Origin: Asterias rubens
Lineage: Eukaryota
Assembly (NCBI RefSeq): GCF_902459465.1
Contig: NC_047080.1
Span: forward strand, 4,154,001-4,218,000
Direction: 5' to 3'
Length of the DNA stretch: 64,000 nucleotides
In this document: piece by piece, positions 14,101 through 24,323 of the stretch
How positions within the stretch are numbered: the stretch's first letter is position 1
How the letters are laid out: each line of letters opens with the position of its first letter
Program-made: the position numbers and the translations under genes
Notes under the pieces: generated by a model
Databases searched by the model: none
The model's input: the letters and a program-made list of their open reading frames with translations, nothing else
What the model was told of the DNA's origin: nothing

Positions 14101-16949
14101 ATCCATAGAAAAAAGAAAAGTTGTTATAACCGACCAACTATGCTGACTGCATCAAGTAAAACTGATTTTCCCTTGTTTACTCTGAACAGACAATGATTTT
14201 CAAAACATTTATTTGATTAGAAGAAAATAATTTGTTTTCTATTTTTTTTTATTGCTGACAAATGAATTGAGTTTCTTTTTCCTCAAATCTTTTAAAATGA
14301 AAGATAAATTCTTTGGTAATATAAATTATATTTTATTTGAATGTTCGTACTCACCTTCAACTGCACTCTGACTAGTCACGTAAAATTGTACATTTGACTT
14401 TTTTGAAAAAAAAAGTTAAAAACTCGTGGGAAAAAAACTCTTTTGAATTCTTTCAGTGTTTTCCCCAAATTTGTTGATCCCAGCCTTGATAAATATTTTT
14501 GAAAATGTTTGATTTCAATTTTTTTAAATCTCAGCAAGTTTGATACATTCTCTACTCTTTGCCTAGAAAAGGCTATTTTCGCAGCGTCTTACAGAAAAGA
14601 TTACCAAGTATTAGTCATCTTAAAGACCCTTACATAAGACTCCAACTACTTAAAAAGCAGCAAGGACATACTTTTCTGTGTTTTCCACATAAGTTTGTAT
14701 TTTTTTGTGAGGCTGGAGAATGTTTTCCAGATTCAAAAAATGGTCTCTCTCGGGGGTTAACTCCAAAGGGCGCACCAATGGTAATTTTTGTAATGAAAAA
14801 TAACAAATGGTTTCATTTACCATCACAACCTACCTCCTCGTCTTCTAGATAAGGCTCCAGCCATTCCCATAAATCAGCTGGTGGTTGACTGTACCTGGAA
14901 GACACAACGAGCAACATTGTTAGGCATTGTCAATCAGATGCTTCATTTGTCTAGAACCTGCGACCACATGGTGTTAAATTGGTAATAACTCAAAATAATT
15001 ATTAGCATACAAACTATGGAGAGCTGTTGATAGTTTAAAAGATGTGGGAAACTGCTCCCTCTAAAGTATCATAGTCTTTGAGAAAGAGGTAATTTCTCAC
15101 TCAAATAACAAAAGACTTCAGCGAAAAGCCTTTTATTATGCATCTAAAAGCACACAAAGTTGGGCAACAAGAGTGTTTTTCCTTAAAATTTTTCTTGCAG
15201 CTTTTTGATGACCAATTTAGCCAAAATGTTCACAGGTTTGTTGCATATTTTATGCATGTTGGGATACAGCGAGTTAGAACACTGGTCTTGGACATTAACC
15301 TGGTCTGTCTATTGTCTACTGTTTCACCCACCAAAGTGGTTGGCAACTCTCATGAATCTTAAAACACTTGAAGGGTGGTCTTGCACCTACCTACCTGACG
15401 TACATGAAACCAAGACCTCTGATGTATGGAGAGTCAGAGTGAGACAAGAGACCGTTCAGCTGTTTCCGTGTCAGCTTCAACGTGTACAACTTGTAAAGAA
15501 GGCAGTAGGCAGATGAGACGATGCCTCCTGCACCAACACCACGGACCTAATAGATGAAGAAGTTGTTATTAACAGAAGGATGTTTAAAGGGTTTGAGTAC
15601 TTTTGTACGACACAAAACACAAACGTCCACAGTTTTTTTATTAAACTCTACACGGTTGAAAGATTATTATGGTAGAAGGATTCCCTTGAAAGATTAATAG
15701 GTGCAGTAGTTTTTGAGAAATGGGTAAAACAACTTCACTAAAACATCTGTCTAGTTCACCAGACTCAAGTGTGGATTTGTTTAGTATGCGTGCCAATTTG
15801 GATGTAGGAAAGTGTGCCACGTGGTACTTCACCCTTGTGCGTATAGCATGTGGGAGATTTAGGAATGTTAATTTGCAAATGGTAATAAATGGCTTGTTGT
15901 TACTTCTGTCTGCCTTGTTGCTGTATGTGTTGTTGTTTGTTTATTTTGTTGTTATTGATCTACACTTACTCCTCCACACATGCCAATCTGCCCAGATGTC
16001 TGTCGACTGCCTCTCTCCCAGGGTTCCAAATGGGCAACCTGTATTAAAGCAAGATGAATTGAACACAATGAATAACTAAATAATAAAACAAAACACACCG
16101 ACCACCAAACAGAAACATTGTACACAGAGGTACGCGTATTTCAAAATCTAGATAACTCGTTGTGGTACCCACTGCTAAACTGCCTCTAATAGCTACTGAG
16201 CAATCTCAGTGCTCTATAGTTGGTATGAAACTGCTATAGAATTGCAAAGGCCGTGGGTTCGAATCCAACCCAAGTATTTTGCCAAGGTGGTTTGTTTTTC
16301 CACAGAGCTTGGGTAAGTACTGAGTATACTGTATTAACACACACATATCGGTGTGTATGGGTAAAACACAGAAGAAATAAACATAACGGGCAGAGCATAC
16401 TGTTCGAAACGTCACGACCAAACATGCACTTTTCAGAGCCAACACTCGCCCTAAGAGATTTACACATGGTTGTACACGAAGTTTACTAAGGGAATCAATG
16501 TGTGGTGAAGAGGTTTTCAACTAGTGGTTTAATCCCAACGAGGCCTGGTTCTTGATAATTTTACCGAGACAAAGTCGAGGTAAATTATCAAGAACCAGGC
16601 CTCGGCGGGTTTAAACCACTAGTTGAAAACCGATTCAACACACTTTGATTCCCATTCATAAATACCTTTTCGGTCAAAAACATCATCACTTTTTCGTCAA
16701 AAAGTAAAATAAATGCAAAAATTATAATTGTAATGATTTCTTTCAACACAACACCCCTCCAGCTATGAAATGGTAAAGCCCTCTCTTTACCCTGTAGTAG
16801 ATCTCATCCACAACCTCGTGGTACGTCTTGAGCTTGAAGAGTTCATTCTTGAAGTACGGCGAGGACTGTATGTTGGTTAAGATAAGCGGGTTGAGGTTCA
16901 TGGACGCCTCGTTGCCCCATGTGGGCAGGGTGTTACTCTTCTGAGGCAT
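11107..16949 (-). CDS. PRPF38B: Pre-mRNA splicing factor 38B, 7 coding exons, 382 aa (PRP38 domain plus RS/RE-rich tail)
   Basis: Exons 16949-16791, 16038-15970, 15546-15395, 14894-14834, 12580-12458, 12108-11981 and 11563-11107; all introns are GT-AG with consistent phases, total 1149 nt. Peptides WGNEASMNLNPLILTNIQSSPYFK, EPWERGSRQTSGQIGMCGG|VRGVGAGGIVSSAYCLLYKL and TIGEMARSFLTKLEWFSTLFPRIPVP match PRPF38B. The last exon is RS-rich. Confidence 0.97.
12150..12426. repeat. Dispersed ~110-130-bp tandem-unit family (CACAGTAGGAGGGTTGACTGTGTAC core)
   Basis: 2-3 units here, at 2790-2992 (same orientation) and at 30140-30375 (inverted). Confidence 0.75.
12590..13300. repeat. ~700-bp degenerate purine-rich (GACA/GAAA) low-complexity tract in a PRPF38B intron
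   Basis: The plus strand is strongly A/G-rich with very few T. This tract generates the spurious F/L/C/S-rich ORFs of the track. Confidence 0.85.
16487..16783. mobile_element. Repeat family with an internal ~120-bp palindrome; truncated copy in the PRPF38B intron after the first coding exon
   Basis: The palindrome at 16512-16631 is centred on ACCGAGACAAAGTCGAGGT. The sequence is near-identical to 59176-59470. Confidence 0.8.
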
Positions 16950-17513
16950 GGTCCGCTGCTGCAGAGACTCTCAACTTGGCACAAGGGGTGGTGCGACCAC
17001 AGAGGTACAACACCAAGAAGGTTAAAATAGGTCAGAGGGATGAGGCGGATTCGTCTGTAACCTGTTGTGTTATGAACATAAAAACAGAATAAAGAGTAAA
17101 TTTAAAGCAACTTTAACAAGGCCATGAAGTAAATACAGCTTTCTTAATAATAGTAATACAGTCAATTAATGACAGATTTTGTATCCTGTTCCTATCACCT
17201 CTTTCATCTTTTTCCCCAAGAGATTGATCTCATTTTGAAGTTTGAGTAAATTAGGTTAATTTATTTCACAATGATTTGAATGAAAAAAGAGGTACAGACA
17301 TTTTTCTGCTTCCCAAGTTTCCGGTGTGGCATGTGGTTCAAACAATAACATTTTGTTATTGTTACGTACAATGTTTGTCTGACAATTGTCTGCTGACTGA
17401 GCCAGTCTGTGGTCTGTCCCGAGTAGATCCTCCGCGCGTTTCATTTTCCCGATGCAGCCGAGGAAAAATAGAATTTGAATTTGGTGCTGAAAAAACATCC
17501 ACTGTCTGAATTA

Positions 17514-17645
17514 GGAAAAGTTTCCGTATGGCGCCACCACTTTTTCATTCGAAATAAAATAATATAGTATCTAATTTACCTGATTGATATATCCCTTTTT
17601 GTAAAAATGAGTGAAAAAGTGGTGGCGCCATACGGAAAGTTATCC
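17514..17645. mobile_element. 132-bp MITE with GG...CC termini and 8-bp TSD (CTGAATTA)
   Basis: ~34-bp TIR GGA(A/T)AA(G/C)TTTCCGTATGGCGCCACCACTTTTTCA and an exact 8-bp TSD. It differs at one position from the copy at 60417-60548. Confidence 0.9.
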
Positions 17646-18276
17646 CTGAATTATACTGATATGATAGTGATAAGTAATAATAATATGTTCATTAACAACA
17701 ACAACATTACAAAAACAGTTTGGAAAACCGGTTAATAATAAACCATGTTTATGTCGGAAACACACGGTCCTTCCATTAAAATATACACTTTTTTAGCAAG
17801 TGAAAATACGGTAAATTAACAAATCTGTTTCCCTCCGTTATATTTGTTTTAACCAAATTACACTATTTTATTAACTTTGAGAATAAATAAATACAAACCT
17901 TAAAATTGATTCCAGTTGAATGGTTGAAACAACTTTCAGTACTCGAGTCGAAACAAGTGATTTTAGAGTAACCCACACACACACACACTGAGAATGACGA
18001 TGAAAAAACGTTATCCACTGATGACTGACTTTAAAAATCCCACCGCTCGCGGCGCTATTCCATATCGAGCGTTGTGATGAGATCGATGCAAAAAGTACCT
18101 CTGGGGACGAGGTTAAAAAAATAGAAAAAAAATTATTTTAGTCTGGTTCCTTTTTCTGTCTTTCTGATAACATCATCAATTATCCCAAAAAGGTTAGGGT
18201 TCTATACTGACTAAAGGGAAAAACAACGAAAACATAAAAAATACACACAAAATACGGAAACGATCGGAAACATTAC

Positions 18277-18340
18277 CCGCGAAGACATCGCTTGAAAGTG
18301 CAGTAATCCTAACTGAACTGAAGTACCCTAAAAGAGATAT
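18277..18340 (-). promoter_or_regulatory. Probable PRPF38B noncoding first exon and compact bidirectional promoter shared with the FAM124-like gene
   Basis: Minus-strand donor CGG|GTAATG at 18276; the exon-2 acceptor CAG|G is at 17061, with an in-frame stop upstream of the ATG at 16949. The FAM124-like ATG lies at 18415 on the opposite strand. The region 18030-18640 is CpG-rich. Confidence 0.55.
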
Positions 18341-18414
18341 ATTAAGTGGATCATCTTCACCCTGATCTTCACGTTAAAAATCAAACAAGTGTGACGCCAA
18401 AAGATTCATTTACA

Positions 18415-21400
18415 ATGGCGCAATCTCACCCGGACGAGAGCGACGGGATTTTCCTCGAAGATGGAGTGTCACCGACGCCGGGGGACGAAGCAGACTTCGC
18501 GCTGTCGGTTGTGAATCTGACACGGTCCTCGGACATTCCCCTTCGGTATTTTCTGCCCAAGATCTTCTCACCGATGGAGGCGAGCATGACCCGCAGCTGT
18601 CAGCGAATATCAGAGAAGTCTCCAAAGTACAGATTGGTGAGAACATTATTGATTTTGGGAGTATTCGATTCTCTGGTTGGATCGATTTTGTTTTTGTTTG
18701 TTTTGTTTATATTATTGTAAACTGCAAAAAAACTGTTGAGACTCAGACCATTCTTTCGACTAGTTCATCTGACCGTCTGACTGACTTTTTTTATTTACAT
18801 GTATAAACGTATAAACCACACTACTTTTCAGCATTTTTTGTGAGTGAGGGGATAGTTTTTTGGAAAAGTTTTTGTATGGCGCCACCACTTTTTCATTCGA
18901 TATGAAATATTAAGGACAAGTTTCCGTATGGCGCCACCATTTTTTCACTCGATATGAAATAATATACTATCTAATTTACCTCAATGAGATATCCCTTTTT
19001 ATAAAAATGAGTGAAAAAGTGGTGGCGCCATACGGAAAGTTATCCAATATTAAATAGTATCTAATTTACCTCAATGAGAAATCCCTTTTTGTAAAACTGA
19101 GTGGAAAGGTGGTGGCGCTATACTCCTAAAAGTACCCTAGTACTATTTCGGTTTCGTCCGCTATCGTCTCCCAACTATTTCAGTTTCGTCCGCTATCGTC
19201 TCTCGTTACGGGAGACGATAGCGGATGAAACCAAAATCGTTCTTGGAGCTGTGGCACCATACGGAAAGTTAAAAGGGGACATTTCATCATGGTCTGGTGC
19301 TGTGACTTTTGTGACCAAAAATTAAAGAAACCCTGAAATTCAGCAAGGGATTGGCATTGTCAAGATTTTGACACTTTTTAAAATTTAGAGTAAACAACGT
19401 TTAAAAGTGTTCATAAATACTTTTTAAATACTAAGAATAAGATTAGGGTGCATTATATATCAAATGCAAGGGCCTCAAAAAGCTCAAGTCAAGGTGCTTC
19501 ATATAGTAAAAAGTGAAGCAAAAAGTAAAGTAACAAAAAACTAAAAAACAAGCTAGGCAGGTATTTAAAATGTGAAAGCCAAACTTACACTTGTCGTGAT
19601 TTGTAGCTTTTTATTGTGTTTTAGTCAGTTTTAGTTAGACTCAATCTGAAAGTTGACTGATTTATCCATTTTGACTAATACTAATCCTTTTGACATTGTT
19701 TCCATACTTGATTTGATTGCCGCTAAATAAACAAAAAACAGAAATTGAATATCATTTCTCAGTGTTGTTTTACAACTCTTACCGTAAAAAAAAATAAACT
19801 ATAATGAAAAAGATTCTGCATATTAGTTTTTTTGTCCTTTTTGTGTTTACAGATGTTTAAAACTTTGAAATCTTCATACATGTAGTCAAACCATAAGAAT
19901 TCACAGTTTAACAAATTGCCACAATTTGTTGGGAGTCTGTACTGCAACAATCCACAACACTGGGATTTTACAAGTCAATGTCTTATTGTGTACATTGACT
20001 CTCAAAATGGCAGACAAATAGACGCATTGTAGTTAGTGTGCGTGTGCATGCTCTGAAACTGGTCGTCGATACAAGTATTAACATTGATTTAATGCTGTAA
20101 GGGTTATTTTTGGAAGGTTTAGACTGTTCGCCGTCTACTACATTACATGTACTGTACAGAGGCTCTCTGGTTTATACACAAATTGAGTGAGAATACATCA
20201 TTCAACCAATTTTTCCAAAGAAATTATATTGTCTTACTGCTGTCATCATAATGAGCTTAGAATACTGATTTTACATTGTATTTTTACTGTATAATAATTC
20301 AACATTTTTATTCAAAAAAATACATACACAATCAACAAAAATCAATCAACAAATTATTCCAAATTATACAATGTCTGAACTCTGAATGTCATCTTTTATG
20401 AGCTCAGAAAACTGACTTTACAATGTAATACTGTATTTTTAATTATTCAAAATTGTTAGTGAGAATATAATACACAAACTATCCAAATTATACACTGTCT
20501 GAATGTCATCTTCTATGAGCTCAGAAATTTGACTTTTTAATACATTGTAATACTGTATTTTTAATTATTCAAATTTGTTAGTGAGAACTGAACGCACAAA
20601 CTTTATTCCAATTTGAAATTACATGCTGAAAGTCATCAATTGTCTTAGAAAACTGACTTTACATTGACTGTATTTGTTACATACATTATGTATTCTACTA
20701 CACTATGTAAAACCACAGTGAAGGTATCACAACACACCATTTACACTGCACAAATATGTGGCTCTAATCATTTGTCATATGCCCAAGTAATACACATTTC
20801 ATTGACTCTCCATGAACAGCTGTTTTTGATATAAAATTTAACCATGCTCTGGTGATGCACTTAAATTTCATTTCCTTCCCGTTCAGTTTTTATTTGTAGG
20901 TTTTTTTTTCAAGATGAAAATATTATTAGAATCATAATGTGTTCATAATCCTATTATTAAAGTTATATTTTTGTTAATATTAATAAAGTGTCCAAATAAA
21001 TATTGCACATAAATCTTTACTTGCGCTGCGGAGGATGATTGATTGGGTATGGAATGTCAATGGCGTGATTGTTTTGTAATTTTTAAAGCAACGCAACCTG
21101 GGTTTTTTTATTATGTATTGTAATCATGTTTCATCATGAAGAGTTTTTCTTTTGTCTTCTGATTTGTATTTGTTGTTTAAATTGAGGGTTTACATTTCCA
21201 TGGATTTGAACACATTTAAAAAAAATGTTTAGCATACAGAGAGAGAGAGAGACCTGGGGAATGTACAGCCCCGATCTGAAGTGGGGCCCCAAATGGTTTA
21301 TCATGCACGATATCAACCACTACCCTTGCAGACTACCCTTGCAGATACATTTGTATACCCCTGGGTCATCAAGAGAATAAATTATTGTACAGTTTTTGCT

Positions 21401-24291
21401 CAAGGACACAAGTGTCATGACCGAGATTCGAACCCACACTCCGATGACTTAACCACCAGAACTTGAATTTGAAGCTCTTTACTTTTGGCCATGACACCCT
21501 ACAAATACAATTTACACAAATTCAATTTTTATCAAACTTAAACGAACTGTTGCTGCGAATTGGCATGGAGTACACACCAAAGACACAGATTATTATAATT
21601 CTGAACAAGAAGAATACCTGCATGAAGTCTGTTAATTTATAATTTGCATGATTACAGTAATAATGGTAATGCTCACTGATGCATGGTGCATTATTAATCA
21701 GAATGGCTATTTATGGGCTATCTTTTAATTGCTAATTGGAACAACACAGGACAATGCATTAGCAGAGTCTGCAAATACAATTATAGTAGTATGTAAGTAA
21801 GTGTAGCTCTAGGTAGTTTTTTGTAAATCCAGAGAGTGGGAATGAGCCCTATATGTGTATTGTAGTTCATGGAGGAAGGAAATGTGTCAACTAACCTATT
21901 TCAAACATATATAACTTACTTACTTGAATCCACCGACGCCATCACACAACTGGGGAGGAGACGGTGGTTCTGGTTACTGGGGCAGCCAGCTTAGATAAGC
22001 TTATGTAGAGCCCCCCCCCCCCCGACGTTCTTTAGGAATTTATCCACATGTCCCTTGAAAATGTTCACACTTGAAGATTGATTATTATCAAGACTAGTAT
22101 GTTGCTTACAGGCCTGTATGCCTATGCTTTGTTTGTAAAGAGAATGATGAGCACCACAACATTTTTTTGTCAATGGTTTACATGTTAGGGCACCCCTATT
22201 TTAAGAAATCACAAATTTCTACTGCGGAGCATTTCGAGAACACCAAGACAATGACCAGGGGGCATGGAGGCAAACACATTCATTGCCTCTGTAAGGCTTT
22301 TGCTAAATTACGACATACAAGCAACAACCACCTGAAAGTTTTTAGCTCAAACAGTCATCAGAGAGTCACAGGAAAATAGTGAAACATTCTGAATATGTGT
22401 GTGCACTGTTTTCAAACATTACGTCATGTACTGTAACGTTTGACTAATTTCTAAATATAGGCCTACAGCAATTCAAATGAAAATATTTCACATTTTTCAC
22501 CATTGATCAACTTTTTAGCAGCCTCTTTTGTCAAGTTTTGTTCGGGGGTGCCAGTCAAAAGCCATACAACCGTTAAACAAATATGGGTCCCACACAAGTT
22601 TAGGATATAACATAAGTTTAGTACAATGCAACCTGGGATTAGGGAAGCAAGGAGACCGATCACCTCATTCATTATTATTTTGTTTACATGTAGTTTAGTT
22701 TACAGCTCATTTATTTTTTTAAAACACCAAGGTATGGTACTGGCATGATTATTGTTGGATGAAATTCTTCCTTTTATTTGGAGAGCACCATTGTGTGTGG
22801 TACATGCATTTAAACGAGGTCAGAGTTGTTAGATTTATTTTACAGCTGTGTGAACTCTACAGAGAATTATTACTCGGCCGCCGCTATTTGGAATGTTAAA
22901 ATATTGTACCCGTAATAGTATCTGACATTTTAATGATATTTGTTCAACATTGATTGTATGTGTAGACCCTACTTGTGTATTTACTCTTGTTTGATTTAAA
23001 ATCCGTCAAGAAGAGGGAACAAAATGTCTACAAATATTAAAAGCAAAAGGGTAAAAGATTAGGAATGAACTTGGCACCAGTTTTGTTTCGCAGTTAGTGT
23101 TGATAAAAGAAAAACCCTTCTAATGAAGGAAAGGTCCAAGGAGTAAATCGGTACCTACATGTATGAGTAGAGTTTTTGAGTCATTGGAGTCAGGGTTCTA
23201 GTCCCAGTTGTGACAGTTGTGTCCTTTGGCGTTAGGCACTAAAACCATAATTGCTTCTCATCAGCCAGGAGTATTAAGCAGTACTATGTAACTTGTAAGG
23301 GGAGAAAATCTTATGAATGATCATATTCTGTAGGGCTCTTATAACATGTGATCATGGAGGTAGACCTCCATGATGTGATCTCCAATATAATAGGCTGCCA
23401 CCGGTGTTTCATTGATCACTTGGCATAATGGGAGGGGATCCCAAAGCATACATAATACAATACAATACAATAACAAAATAAACATGGTTATCTTTATTAT
23501 CGGCCTTGTGGCTAATGGGCATTATCCCTTTTTTTTTCTAACCCCAAAAAATCCTGGCAGTTAATTTTATGAGACTGATTGTTGTCTTTGCTTTGCTAAT
23601 AGTCAGGGTTTGATTGTGAGTGACAACGATATTCTCAAAAGGAAAGTTTAGGGTGAAGTGCTGAAAAATTAATCCCCTCCATGGGCAGGAGTTAATCTCT
23701 TGACAACCAGGGCCCAATTTCATAGAGCTGCTAAGCAGGAAACTTTGCTTAGCATGAAATTTCTTCCTTGGTAAAAACAGGATTACCAACGGAATTTCCA
23801 TTTTGTTGCATTTCCTAGTTACTTGTATTCAGCTGTTGTATGGTTATCTTGAAAATCACGTAGAAATTTGGTTAAGAAATCCTGTTTTTATCAAGGCAAA
23901 CATTTCATGCTTAGCAAATTTGTGTGCTTAGCAGCTCTTTCAAATTGGACCCAGCTGTGTCAAGACAAAACTTACACCATGAATTTGTGTCAGACATCGT
24001 AGACTTAATACAGACAATAAAGTACTCCATGCCTGAAATACATGAACAGGTCAGAAATATTTTTATTCATTCTGAATATTATAAGAAGTTAATTAGATTT
24101 GTCGTCTGTCCTTACAATACACACATACTGTACGTATAGGCTGTAGAGCTATTACATTCTTCCTTTCCGTCACCTGGCAACAAATATAAAGGCAGAGAAT
24201 GGTTTACTATTTTTTAGGGGCACTCATTGCATAGGATTAGATTGTATATTTTATTAGCAGTCTACAGTGTGTATTCAATGCCCCCCCCCCC

Positions 24292-24323
<32 letters not shown>

